Virus record (IMG/VR): IMGVR_UViG_3300027804_000038 | Coordinates: 32,001 to 96,000 of that record | Direction: 5' to 3' (one strand) | Length of the DNA stretch: 64,000 bases | Source: a virus | Lineage: Duplodnaviria > Caudoviricetes | Part shown: piece by piece, positions 25,928-35,917 of the stretch | How the letters are laid out: each line of letters opens with the position of its first letter | Position numbering within the stretch: position 1 is the first letter of the stretch | The notes under the pieces: generated by a model | What the model was told of the DNA's origin: nothing | The model's database searches: none | What the model saw: the letters and a program-made list of their open reading frames with translations, nothing else | Made by a program: the position numbers and the translations under genes

Positions 25928-27190
25928 ATGAAAACCTATAAGAAAAGAATCAACGAAGCGCCTATAGAATATGATGGACCTGAAAGAATGTCTCCCGATA
26001 TTCAAGGTAAAATAGAAGGTGGCCAAACGCCACATTCAGGTAGTAAAGCATTTCCAAGTGTAACTCCTGAAGGGCCAGACAAACCTAGTAATTTTGAAGA
26101 ATTAATCGCATCCAAAAGATTTAAGGATGTTGTTGAAAAATTAAAAAGATATACTGGTGTACAAAATATTTCAGGAATGAACTCAATGATGCAATTACAA
26201 CAAATTGTTATGAGAGCAATGGCTGAAATTTCACAAATTGAACAAGAAAATAAAGAATACCTTGAGCAGTTGGCAGTTGAGTTAGTTACAAAAGATTTAG
26301 GTGTTCCTGAAGGAGCATTACAATTTGATGCTAAATTAGTTAGACCTGGAGATATCGACTCAAGTTTTTTACAGAATCAACCTGAGGAACCTTCAGATGA
26401 AGAAATAGAAAATATGTTCTCTTCTGAAGAACAGGAAGACGTTTTGGATTTTGCAGACGCTTTTGAAAAGTTTGATTTAGAAAAGGCAAAAAGAAGATTT
26501 ATTAATTCATTAATTCAGGGAGCCGCTAAAAAAAGTTCTTATTTATTTGAATTGGCGGCTGAAGAGTTAAACTCGATTAATCCAAGATTGTTGAACAATT
26601 ACGGTATTTTTATGTCATTTGCCGACTCATTATATTGGTTAATGCCAGATTCAATGATTCAAGGTATGGCGGGTAGTGGAGAGTCAACATATGGTAAAGA
26701 AGAAATTGACCAAACAACAGACCCCCCAACAGTAAGAGCGAGAGGGGTTAATTTCCCAATTTTAGTTCATGAATTAGCAAAAGGTATTATTGAAATTGCT
26801 GGAACATATGGATTACCATCTGACGTTAAAAGACAGGAAGCGATTTTAAAGGCGTCTGATACTACTGAAGGTGAAATTTGGGATATGAGATTAGGTCCTG
26901 TAATTTGGGAAAAATTTAGAGAATCATATCCTGATGAATTATTTGATGAAGACAAAAGATTCTTACAACAGTATTTTATTGTAAAGTTTGCAGAACTTAC
27001 CGCTGAAGAATTTTTTAAAGTTGCTCGTGAAATTTTATCAGGTGGACCAAAAGGTAAAAAAATTGTACAAAACATGGTTGATGAGATTACTAAAGAATTA
27101 CGTCAACAAGAGTACGAATCCTCTATGGGTAGTGAAGATGATGACGATGATGAATTTGATGATTTATTTAGAGAATTGGGATTAAAATAA
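25928..27190 (+). CDS. Conserved hypothetical protein upstream of terminase, with T4-CTS-like N-terminus
   Basis: 420 aa; MKTYKKRINE|A start. Confidence 0.8.
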   Translation: MKTYKKRINEAPIEYDGPERMSPDIQGKIEGGQTPHSGSKAFPSVTPEGPDKPSNFEELIASKRFKDVVEKLKRYTGVQNISGMNSMMQLQQIVMRAMAEISQIEQENKEYLEQLAVELVTKDLGVPEGALQFDAKLVRPGDIDSSFLQNQPEEPSDEEIENMFSSEEQEDVLDFADAFEKFDLEKAKRRFINSLIQGAAKKSSYLFELAAEELNSINPRLLNNYGIFMSFADSLYWLMPDSMIQGMAGSGESTYGKEEIDQTTDPPTVRARGVNFPILVHELAKGIIEIAGTYGLPSDVKRQEAILKASDTTEGEIWDMRLGPVIWEKFRESYPDELFDEDKRFLQQYFIVKFAELTAEEFFKVAREILSGGPKGKKIVQNMVDEITKELRQQEYESSMGSEDDDDDEFDDLFRELGLK

Positions 27191-27213
27191 ACCAATTAAA
27201 AATTTTATAACTT

Positions 27214-27243
27214 AAACCCTCTTTACAAAAAAGAGGGTTTTTT
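27214..27243 (+). terminator. Intrinsic terminator
   Basis: aaaccctcttt-acaaa-aaagagggttt followed by ttt. Confidence 0.8.
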
Positions 27244-27245
27244 CA

Positions 27246-27253
27246 TATTTATA
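27246..27253 (+). promoter_or_regulatory. TATTTATA box 3 nt upstream of the terminase ATG
   Basis: Lies directly after a terminator, so a dedicated promoter is needed here; the spacing implies a leaderless mRNA. Confidence 0.6.
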
Positions 27254-27256
27254 GGT

Positions 27257-29011
27257 ATGTCATTAACTAAAGAACAGGTTTTATTGGAATACGGTAGATG
27301 TTTGAAGAGTACTCCTTATGCCTTAAAAACATACTTACAAACATACGACAATACAGTTTCAAAATACGTGCCTTTAGAATTATTTCCTGACCAAGTTAGT
27401 CTGTTAAATGACTATGAGAATTTTAATGAAAATATTGCTTTAAAATATCGACAGGCGGGTGTATCTACTGTAACCGCGGCTTGGGCATCTAAGAAACTTG
27501 TTTTTGCTAAAAAAACTAAACCTGAAAAAATCCTAATAATTGCAAACAAACTTGATACTGCGGTTGAAATGGCTAACAAAATTAGAGGATTTACAGAACA
27601 ATGGCCATCATGGACTGGAGTTGGATTTTCCGCCGAAAAGAATTCACAAAGACATTTTAAACTAACAAATGGATGTGAAGTTAAAGCGGTTGCAACTTCT
27701 AAGGATGCCCTAAGAGGATATACTCCAACAATATTGGTCTTTGACGAGGCTGCTTATATTGAAGCGGATTCTGATTTTTGGGCGGCTTGTATGGCGTCAT
27801 TATCTACAGGTGGTAAAGTTATAGTAATATCCACACCAAACGGATACGACCCAATTTATTATGAAATATATGACCAAGCATTAAGAAACATGAATGAATT
27901 TAAAATTTCTGAAATGGTTTGGTTTAAAGACCCAAGATATACTAAAGATTTAAAATTAATTAAAGTTAACGATATAATACATTATTATTTAAATAGAGAA
28001 GAATATTCCGATATTGATATTATTGATTATGCTGAGACCCCATTTAAAGAAAGAAATTTTGATGATGTTAAACAATTAATTTACCAAGGGTACAAACCAA
28101 CATCAAGTTGGTATGAGTCTATGGTAAAAAAATTGAAGTACGATAAAAGAAAAGTAAACCAAGAATTAGAATGTCAATTTTTAGGTTCAGGAGATAACGT
28201 ATTTGACTCTGAAGTTATTTCAAGAATTAGAGAAAGTATGATTTGTGAACCCAAAAATAAATTTATGGGTGGTTCATTATGGATATGGAAAGAACCTGTG
28301 ATTGGACATAAGTATATTATGGGTGTTGACGTTAGTAGGGGTGACAGTGAAGATTTTTCTTGTATACAGATAATTGATTTTGATGCAAGAGAACAAGTTT
28401 TAGAATACGTTGGGAAAATCCCACCAGATACTTTAGCTGAGGTTTGTTATAAATGGGGGAATATGTATTCCGCATTTATTGTAATTGATATTACAGGTGG
28501 TATGGGGGTAACAACTTCTCGTAAATTACAAGAATTAGGGTATAGAGACTTATATGTTGATGGAGTTGACTATCAAAATAAATGGAAATACGACCCAAAA
28601 TCACAAGACAAAATTCCAGGAATTAATTTTAATAATAAAAGAGTACAAATAATTGCATCATTTGAGGAATCTATGAGGCACGACTTTAAAATATACTCTA
28701 CAAGGTTATTAAATGAAATGTCAACTTTTGTATATATCAATGGTAGACCTGACCACCAAAAAGGTCATCACGATGATTTAATCATGGGACTATCAATGTG
28801 TAATTATGTTTCTGAATCATCATTCACTTCAATATCTAAAGTAACGCAACATACTAAAGCAATGATTGAGTCATGGCAAGTATCGACAAATAAAACAAGT
28901 CATTCGCAATATTTTAATCCAACTATTTCGAGTGGTGAACAAATAAAAAATAATCAACCAACCCGTAACGATTATATGCAATATGGGTGGTTATTTGGAG
29001 GACGTAGATAA
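27257..29011 (+). CDS. terL: Terminase large subunit (T4 gp17-like)
   Basis: KYRQAGVST ATP motif, LVFDEAA Walker B, ISTPNG, nuclease MGVDVSRG..D, HHDDLIM. Confidence 0.95.
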   Translation: MSLTKEQVLLEYGRCLKSTPYALKTYLQTYDNTVSKYVPLELFPDQVSLLNDYENFNENIALKYRQAGVSTVTAAWASKKLVFAKKTKPEKILIIANKLDTAVEMANKIRGFTEQWPSWTGVGFSAEKNSQRHFKLTNGCEVKAVATSKDALRGYTPTILVFDEAAYIEADSDFWAACMASLSTGGKVIVISTPNGYDPIYYEIYDQALRNMNEFKISEMVWFKDPRYTKDLKLIKVNDIIHYYLNREEYSDIDIIDYAETPFKERNFDDVKQLIYQGYKPTSSWYESMVKKLKYDKRKVNQELECQFLGSGDNVFDSEVISRIRESMICEPKNKFMGGSLWIWKEPVIGHKYIMGVDVSRGDSEDFSCIQIIDFDAREQVLEYVGKIPPDTLAEVCYKWGNMYSAFIVIDITGGMGVTTSRKLQELGYRDLYVDGVDYQNKWKYDPKSQDKIPGINFNNKRVQIIASFEESMRHDFKIYSTRLLNEMSTFVYINGRPDHQKGHHDDLIMGLSMCNYVSESSFTSISKVTQHTKAMIESWQVSTNKTSHSQYFNPTISSGEQIKNNQPTRNDYMQYGWLFGGRR

Positions 29012-31662
29012 TGGGTTTAGAGAAAAGACAAAAAACCGATAGAATATATGATGGTTCAAAATTAATTGTTGACGGTAACGGAGTTAAAACCGCAACCGCA
29101 AAAAAAGCTTTCGATAATATTAGAAAAAATATTAAATCTGAACCTAATATTATTATGGTTAGTCCAACTCCATCTGTGACCCAAACTCCAACTCCAAGTA
29201 TTACCCCAACAAATACTCCAACCATATCAAATACGGCAACAAATACACCAACACCAAGTATTACCGCAACACAAACAAATACGCCTACAGTAACACCGAC
29301 ACCAAGTATTACTAATACACAAACACCTACTCAGACAAATACACAGACTCCTACTAATACTATAACTCCAACACCAACTAATACTATAACTCCAACACCA
29401 ACTCAAACAAATACGCAAACCCCAACTGCGAGTATTACTCCATCACCTACTCAAACGCCTAATTGTATTTGTTATGGATTTACAAATAACACTAAAGGAA
29501 CTTTACCTCTATACGTTATTGATTGTAACGGTATACTTAGAACTTCTTTTGTACCTGTTGGGTTTACTAAAGAAGGGTGTGTCTTAAACAGTCAATATAC
29601 CGCAACTAGTTTAACAATATCAACAAACGGACCTTGTGTTGCTGGTTCATGTAGTTATACACCAACCCCAACTCCGACAATAACTACAACACCAACGAAT
29701 ACCCCTACAAATACACTAACACCTACACAAACTCCTACAAATACTGCAACAATGACACTAACTCCAACAAGTACTATAACTCCAACCCCAACCCCAACCC
29801 AGAATTGTCAGTGTTATTATATAGATAATCCAAGTGCCTCTCCAAATGGTGCGAATTATATTGATTGTTCAGGAAATACAATCATTGATTACCCAATACC
29901 TGCATTATCCCAAGTTTATTTATGTTCGTCAACAACACCAATTTTTACAGTGGATGTTGATGGAAAAATTACCGCAACCCCAATAAACTTATGTAATGAA
30001 GGATGTCCTTCTGAACCCATACCACCATTTTTTAGAATTCAAAATATTGAAGGTACCAATCCGACCATAGTTAGATTAAATACGATTACAGGCTCAACAT
30101 TTGACATAGACTGGGGAGATTTGTCAACAAGTGCTGTTACAATATCTTCGGCAACATATACAACATTTACTTATCCTCACACATATGCATCATCAGTTTA
30201 TACTGCAACTTTTGATGATTTCATGGACGGTGCAGTTATAAGTACTGGTAAAATCAAAGAAATAAGTATACATTCAATTTCAAATATCGTTGAGAATGAA
30301 TATACTTTTAGTGCATTTACTGCAACTACGACTTTAACTATCTCATCATCAACCTTAACAGATTTTAGTTCATCTTTACCAAATAGTTTAGTGAATCTTT
30401 ATTTTTATACTGTAAATTCACCTGGAGCAAATTCATTTATATTCAATCCTTCAACCGATTTGGCAACACTACCATCATTTTCTAATTTAATTATAAGAAA
30501 TTCTGATATATCTGCATTTACCTATGATTTCCAATCAAGTACATCATTAAATGAATTACAATTATATGCGGATACTTTATTAACAACATGTAATTTTACC
30601 GCACCTATAGGAACTAGTTTTACAAAGTTGTGGGTTCAAGGATGTAGTTTATTAAAAAATATCAGCATGCCATTTGGGTTTACATTTAGTTTAGGGTTAA
30701 TTGACTTAGTTGTACCTCAAAATAGTTTAAGTGCTTGGACATATAATCTACCACCGTCAACTGAAACTGCTTATTTAAATCAAAATACTTTATCGGCATT
30801 TACAATAGATTTAAGTAGTAATACAAATTTAGAAATATTACATCTATATAATAACTCATTAAGTGCATTTACTAATACTGTATCAGGATGTACTTCTTTA
30901 ACACAACTAAGATTAGAAAGTAATCGATTAACAACATTACCACCAATATTCCCTAACAATGTAAGATATATAAATTTTAGTCAAAATAGGGTTACTGGAT
31001 ATACTTCTAATTTCCCGTCATCGCTAACTGATTTCATAGGATTTGGTCAAACTACGGGACAACAAGTAATTAATTCATTTGATGTTGAGGTTAGTGGGGC
31101 AACTAATTTAGATACCTTTGACTTATCAAGGGTGAGTCTAACCGCTTGGACAAAAACATTTAGTAGCTCAGCATTAACTCTTAACTTGGCTTATAATAAT
31201 TTAACAAGTTTTGATTTTAGTTTATGTTCAGGAGCAACTGATGTTACTTTAACTGAGAATCCATTATCTTCAGGATTAACTAATTTGTCAGGACTAACAG
31301 TTATTGACACTTTGAATGTTAATAATACCTCAATACCATCGGATTCGGCACTAATCCAAGGAGATTTCCCTTCGTCATTAGTTGCATTATATTGTCAAGA
31401 TGTTAATACTATAACGTCATGGGATATTTCCTTTTCTGGAGCGTCTACAAATCTAAAATATATCTATTTTAGATTTACACCATTAAATCAAGCATCAACT
31501 AATTTTATATTAAATGACTTGGCTAATAATAATACCGCGATTAATGGTATATTAAGATTAGATGGGGCTGGAGGACCAGCATCACCGACTGGAGGAGTGT
31601 TAAACCCTGATTATATTACGTTAACATCCGCACCTAGAAATTGGTTAGTCTTTATAAATTAA
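29011..31662 (+). CDS. 883-aa surface protein: short N-terminal anchor, two Thr/Pro stalks, two Cys modules, PKD-like domain, LRR solenoid
   Basis: TPTPTNT repeats; CxCY..N....Y.DC.G modules; FDIDWGD; LxxLxLxxNxL repeats (LEILHLYNNSL, LTQLRLESNRL, LTLNLAYNNL). Confidence 0.85.
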   Translation: MGLEKRQKTDRIYDGSKLIVDGNGVKTATAKKAFDNIRKNIKSEPNIIMVSPTPSVTQTPTPSITPTNTPTISNTATNTPTPSITATQTNTPTVTPTPSITNTQTPTQTNTQTPTNTITPTPTNTITPTPTQTNTQTPTASITPSPTQTPNCICYGFTNNTKGTLPLYVIDCNGILRTSFVPVGFTKEGCVLNSQYTATSLTISTNGPCVAGSCSYTPTPTPTITTTPTNTPTNTLTPTQTPTNTATMTLTPTSTITPTPTPTQNCQCYYIDNPSASPNGANYIDCSGNTIIDYPIPALSQVYLCSSTTPIFTVDVDGKITATPINLCNEGCPSEPIPPFFRIQNIEGTNPTIVRLNTITGSTFDIDWGDLSTSAVTISSATYTTFTYPHTYASSVYTATFDDFMDGAVISTGKIKEISIHSISNIVENEYTFSAFTATTTLTISSSTLTDFSSSLPNSLVNLYFYTVNSPGANSFIFNPSTDLATLPSFSNLIIRNSDISAFTYDFQSSTSLNELQLYADTLLTTCNFTAPIGTSFTKLWVQGCSLLKNISMPFGFTFSLGLIDLVVPQNSLSAWTYNLPPSTETAYLNQNTLSAFTIDLSSNTNLEILHLYNNSLSAFTNTVSGCTSLTQLRLESNRLTTLPPIFPNNVRYINFSQNRVTGYTSNFPSSLTDFIGFGQTTGQQVINSFDVEVSGATNLDTFDLSRVSLTAWTKTFSSSALTLNLAYNNLTSFDFSLCSGATDVTLTENPLSSGLTNLSGLTVIDTLNVNNTSIPSDSALIQGDFPSSLVALYCQDVNTITSWDISFSGASTNLKYIYFRFTPLNQASTNFILNDLANNNTAINGILRLDGAGGPASPTGGVLNPDYITLTSAPRNWLVFIN
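29161..29460 (+). repeat. Thr/Pro low-complexity stalk 1
   Basis: About 100 codons of degenerate TP(T/S)xT repeats, including a near-exact repeat of actaatactataactccaacacca. Confidence 0.9.
29659..29799 (+). repeat. Thr/Pro low-complexity stalk 2
   Basis: TPTPTPTITTTPTNTPTNT... about 47 codons. Confidence 0.9.
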
Positions 31663-31710
31663 TTTTATTGGACTATTTATAAAAAATAGAATTTAAATTA
31701 AGTTTTCAAT

Positions 31711-33507
31711 ATGGAAAATAACAAACTTACGGTTTGGCAAAGACTTTCTCAAACATTTGGACCTAATTCTTTGTTAGGTCAAGATTATCCTACATACAAA
31801 TACGACAAGAAAGAACTACTTAGAACCACATCAAAACAAGATTACGAAAGAGAAAAATTACAAGCTCAGCAGAATTATTATCTGGCAAATCAATGGGCTA
31901 AAATTGAACACAATCTTTACACACAAGCCGTATATTACGAACCAACAAGACTTGCGTCTTTTTACGATTACGAGTCAATGGAGTTCACTCCTGAAATATC
32001 GGCAGCTTTAGACATTTATGCCGAAGAGTCTACAACTGTAAATCAAGATGGTTATATGCTACAAATTTATTCTGAATCAAGAAGAATAAAATCAATTTTA
32101 GCAGATTTATTTAATAATAATTTAGATATTAATACTAACTTACCTATGTGGACAAGAAACACATGTAAGTATGGTGATAATTTTGTGTTTTTAAAGCTAG
32201 ACCCTGAAAAAGGAGTAATTGGTTGTATGCAATTACCAATTATTGAAATTGAGAGATTGGAAGCAGGTATGGGAGGTAAGGCCGCTGACCCTGAAACCAA
32301 CCCAACAAAAAAACATACTAAATTTAAATGGAAACAAAAAGACCTTGAATTTAATACTTGGGAAATTGCTCACTTTAGATTACTTGGGGATGATAGAAGG
32401 TTACCTTATGGTACATCTATGCTTGAAAAGGCGAGACGTATATGGAAACAACTTTTATTGTCAGAGGATGCGATGTTGATTTATAGAACCTCAAGAGCGC
32501 CAGAAAGACGTGTGTTTAAAGTATTTGTTGGAAACATGGATGACGCTGATGTTGAGCCATATATCCAAAGATTTGCAAATAAATTCAAGAGAGACCAAGT
32601 AGTTGATAATAAAACAGGTAATGTTGATATGAGGTTCAATCAAATGGCGGTTGACCAAGATTATTTTGTTCCTGTTCGTGACCCTGCACAAGCATCACCA
32701 ATTGAAACTTTACCAGGAGCAACTAATTTGTCAGAAATTGCAGATATTGAGTACATCCAAAAGAAATTACTAACGGCATTACGAGTTCCTAAAGCCTTTT
32801 TAGGATTTGAAGAAGTTGTTGGTGATGGTAAAAACCTATCATTACAAGACATACGTTTTGCAAGAACAATCAATCGTATTCAAAAAAGTATGATTCAAGA
32901 ATTAAATAAGATTGCAATAGTACATTTATTTATACTTGGATTTGAAGAGGAGATTTCAAATTTTACGTTATCATTAACAAATCCATCAACGCAAGCTGAT
33001 TTACTTAAAATAGACGTATGGAAAGAAAAGGTATTATTATACAAGGATATGGTTGCAGACCCTGGTTCAGGTATTGCTGCAGTATCCCAATCTTGGGCTA
33101 AAAAACATATTTTAGGATTTTCTGACGAGGAAATTAAACTTGATTTACAACAACAAAGAATTGAAAGGGCGGTTGGGGAAGAATTAAAGAAAACTGCTGA
33201 AGTTATTACTCATACAGGATTATTTGATAATTTAGATAAGTTATACGGTAAGAAGGAAGGGGAACCAGCAGGGTCTCCTACAGAAGGTGGTTCACCTCCA
33301 CCTCCAGGTGGAGAATCAACACCTCCTCCTGAGTCACCCGCACCACCAGCAGAATTAACACCAGAATCAATTGAATCGGTTGAAGACGGACTAAATATTC
33401 TACTTGAAAGTAATGATGTTACGGAAGATGATATATTAGATTTGTCTAAAGCAAGAAAATCTTTAGGTGAAATTGAAAACAAATTGAACACGTTACTAAA
33501 AGATTGA
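31711..33507 (+). CDS. gp20: Portal protein (T4 gp20-like)
   Basis: YESMEFTPEISAALDIYAEE, CKYGDNF, LPYGTSMLEKARRIWKQL, IYRTSRAPERRVF. Confidence 0.95.
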   Translation: MENNKLTVWQRLSQTFGPNSLLGQDYPTYKYDKKELLRTTSKQDYEREKLQAQQNYYLANQWAKIEHNLYTQAVYYEPTRLASFYDYESMEFTPEISAALDIYAEESTTVNQDGYMLQIYSESRRIKSILADLFNNNLDINTNLPMWTRNTCKYGDNFVFLKLDPEKGVIGCMQLPIIEIERLEAGMGGKAADPETNPTKKHTKFKWKQKDLEFNTWEIAHFRLLGDDRRLPYGTSMLEKARRIWKQLLLSEDAMLIYRTSRAPERRVFKVFVGNMDDADVEPYIQRFANKFKRDQVVDNKTGNVDMRFNQMAVDQDYFVPVRDPAQASPIETLPGATNLSEIADIEYIQKKLLTALRVPKAFLGFEEVVGDGKNLSLQDIRFARTINRIQKSMIQELNKIAIVHLFILGFEEEISNFTLSLTNPSTQADLLKIDVWKEKVLLYKDMVADPGSGIAAVSQSWAKKHILGFSDEEIKLDLQQQRIERAVGEELKKTAEVITHTGLFDNLDKLYGKKEGEPAGSPTEGGSPPPPGGESTPPPESPAPPAELTPESIESVEDGLNILLESNDVTEDDILDLSKARKSLGEIENKLNTLLKD

Positions 33508-33530
33508 TATTTATAAAATAAAATTATAAA

Positions 33531-34241
33531 ATGAGATTTGGAGTAATAAAAACATTAATTGAAAACAAATTGGTTGAATCTTTTGTTAATAAAAGATTAT
33601 CAACCGACATGTCTTTTTTTCAAGACAAAATTTTAAAGGATAAATCATTTAAAAAACACATGTTTGTATATGATACTTTAAATGAAAATAAATCTTTAGA
33701 TTCTGAAACTGCAAATTATTTAATTGATGATTTAATTAACGATTTAAAAAATAATCCTTTGTCTGAAAATGTAATTAAAACAATAAAGAGATGGACAAAT
33801 GGAATAGTTAAAGAAAATAATTATTCTGTGATAGATAATTTGGTATACGGAGATGACTTACATCCTGAAAAAAAATCTATTGCTAGAAAACAAATAGTTG
33901 AATCGTTAGGAAAAAATAAGGTTATTAAAGAATCAAAAAGTAAAATACCTTTAAAGTCCATGGTTAAAATTGCAAACACAACAATTGCAAAAAAACTTGA
34001 GAATCTATCAGAATCTGATAAGGAAAAAATATTAAAGGTTTTAAAATCAGACGATGAAATTAAAGAAGAATTTAAAAAATTAAAAGAGGATACTCTAAAT
34101 AAAATTGATAGGTTAATTTCAGAATCACCTGAAGATTTGACACAAACATTGATTGAAACTAAAGAAAGATTAGGTAAATCAGATTTTTCAAAAAAAGAAT
34201 ATATTAAACTTATTAATTTAAATGACGGTTTAGTTCTCTAA
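33531..34241 (+). CDS. Hypothetical head-module protein
   Basis: 236 aa helical; TATTTATA at 33508-33515. Confidence 0.75.
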   Translation: MRFGVIKTLIENKLVESFVNKRLSTDMSFFQDKILKDKSFKKHMFVYDTLNENKSLDSETANYLIDDLINDLKNNPLSENVIKTIKRWTNGIVKENNYSVIDNLVYGDDLHPEKKSIARKQIVESLGKNKVIKESKSKIPLKSMVKIANTTIAKKLENLSESDKEKILKVLKSDDEIKEEFKKLKEDTLNKIDRLISESPEDLTQTLIETKERLGKSDFSKKEYIKLINLNDGLVL

Positions 34242-34415
34242 ATTCTTTTTTTCTTTATAGATTGCATTTTTTAAAGTCTGACGAGTTATGTCAGACTTTT
34301 TTTTATATGTTTTTCTATCTTGTAATTGCGATATTAATTTAGTTTTAATAACTTTTGATTTAAAAGATTTTAAGGCTTGCTCAATATTACCTTTTTTAAT
34401 TGGGACTATTAACAT
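34230..34415 (-). CDS. rpsU: Ribosomal protein bS21
   Basis: 61 aa basic; V.I..GNIEQALKSFKSKV...L..RKTYKKKS..R pattern of bS21; lies in the head module as in known bS21-encoding Bacteroidota phages. Confidence 0.8.
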   Translation of the reverse strand: MLIVPIKKGNIEQALKSFKSKVIKTKLISQLQDRKTYKKKSDITRQTLKNAIYKEKKNLEN

Positions 34416-34482
34416 TTTGACAAATGGAATTTTATGTGTTAAATTTATTAAACAATAAATAAAAAGAAATCATGCAAAGTTA

Positions 34483-34932
34483 ATGAAGAAAGGTAAATCT
34501 TGTATTTTAAATGGATACAAAAATTTAAAATGTAATTATGGAACAGTAGATGCTAAAAATCTAAAATCAATTTATATAAACATTCAGTCTTGGGTCGAAC
34601 CAGTCAAGTTTTTTGAGAATTGGGATAAGCCCGTATCAAATCTATCAAAAATAATTAAACAATTACTAAATGAAATAGTGGATAAACTAATTTATGACAA
34701 TAAATTTATTGTTGATTTAGATTTAAGAACGAGCGGAATATCTTTAGGCAAAAGGTCTTTTATGAATTTAGAAATTACTTTGTTTATTAAAAACCCTATA
34801 GATTTTAAATCTATGATTTTAAGAAAAAGTGTCAAAGACATTGTAAGTTCGATACAGAAAGAAATTTTAAATAACTCAAATTATTTTATTTTTCATCTTA
34901 CAAAGACTGACAAAATTGTAAAAAGCGAATAA
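34483..34932 (+). CDS. Hypothetical protein
   Basis: 149-aa ORF; TTGACA-17-TAAATT upstream at 34417-34445. Confidence 0.75.
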   Translation: MKKGKSCILNGYKNLKCNYGTVDAKNLKSIYINIQSWVEPVKFFENWDKPVSNLSKIIKQLLNEIVDKLIYDNKFIVDLDLRTSGISLGKRSFMNLEITLFIKNPIDFKSMILRKSVKDIVSSIQKEILNNSNYFIFHLTKTDKIVKSE

Positions 34933-34960
34933 GTTTAATATTTATAAAAAAAAATATTAA

Positions 34961-35680
34961 ATGCAAAATTTTAAAATACTTGGTCCTAATGAAATCGGTA
35001 AGGGTATTCTTATTGAATACGATGCGGGATACGTATCCCCTAAAGAATTTTCTAATGATAAAATTATAAAAGAAAATTTAAACACTACCGATTATTCAAA
35101 ACCTTTTGAATTTTATGCCGTACTCCAAAAGTATGACACACCAAATAGAAATGGTAGAATATACCCCGAAAGAATTCTAAAAAGAGAGTCAGAGAATTAT
35201 ATAAAAAATTATATTAATAGAGGGACTTCTCTATCGGAATTAAACCACCCTGAATCTTCATTAATTGATTTAGATAGAGTTTCACACATCATAACTGAAA
35301 TGTGGTGGGATAAAAATGTTTTACTAGGTAAACTTAGACTTTTAACTTCTCCAGGATTCCATGAAAGAGGAATTGTCTCAACTAAAGGAGACCAAGCCGC
35401 TAATTTACTAAGACAAGGAGTAACACTAGGTATATCATCAAGAGGTGTAGGTTCTTTAAAAAAGAAAGGAGAACAAAATGAAGTTCAAGATGATTTTGAA
35501 TTAATTTGTTTTGATTTAGTATCTTCCCCATCAACACCTGGAGCATATCTTTTTAAAGATGAAAAGGATAGATATAAGTACGAGGAAAATTTAAAAGAAG
35601 AAAATGAATTAAAAGCTCAAAGAGGTATTGGGGATTCTATTGATTTAATGAAAAAACTTTCCGATTATTTATCAAAATAA
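34961..35680 (+). CDS. gp21: Prohead protease (T4 gp21-like)
   Basis: NRNGRIYP, ELNHP, GISSRGVGSL, FDLVSSPSTPGAY. Confidence 0.95.
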   Translation: MQNFKILGPNEIGKGILIEYDAGYVSPKEFSNDKIIKENLNTTDYSKPFEFYAVLQKYDTPNRNGRIYPERILKRESENYIKNYINRGTSLSELNHPESSLIDLDRVSHIITEMWWDKNVLLGKLRLLTSPGFHERGIVSTKGDQAANLLRQGVTLGISSRGVGSLKKKGEQNEVQDDFELICFDLVSSPSTPGAYLFKDEKDRYKYEENLKEENELKAQRGIGDSIDLMKKLSDYLSK

Positions 35681-35686
35681 TTAATT

Positions 35687-35896
35687 ATGGATGAAAAATA
35701 TTTTGTAGCAAAAATTACAATTGATGACGTTGATTCGGAATCAGGAAAAATCAAAAAACAAAAAGAAGAAAAATTAGTTAAAGGATATAGCCCAACTGAT
35801 GTCGAGGCTAAGGTTACTAAAGTTTTTGAAAGTTACTCACAAGACTGGAGAATTACAGCAATCGTTGAGAGTAAGATTGATGAAGTAATAGAATAA
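35687..35896 (+). CDS. Small hypothetical protein (DUF4494-like pattern)
   Basis: YF.AKI....G.IKK.KE..LV...S.TD.EA.V pattern; family call is tentative. Confidence 0.7.
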   Translation: MDEKYFVAKITIDDVDSESGKIKKQKEEKLVKGYSPTDVEAKVTKVFESYSQDWRITAIVESKIDEVIE

Positions 35897-35917
35897 ACTA
35901 ATTTATTTAAAAAAATA

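Noticed and set aside
27257-29011. Intein or intron in terminase
   Set aside because: Length is normal (584 aa); no C/S...HN-C/S/T splice motifs or LAGLIDADG seen.
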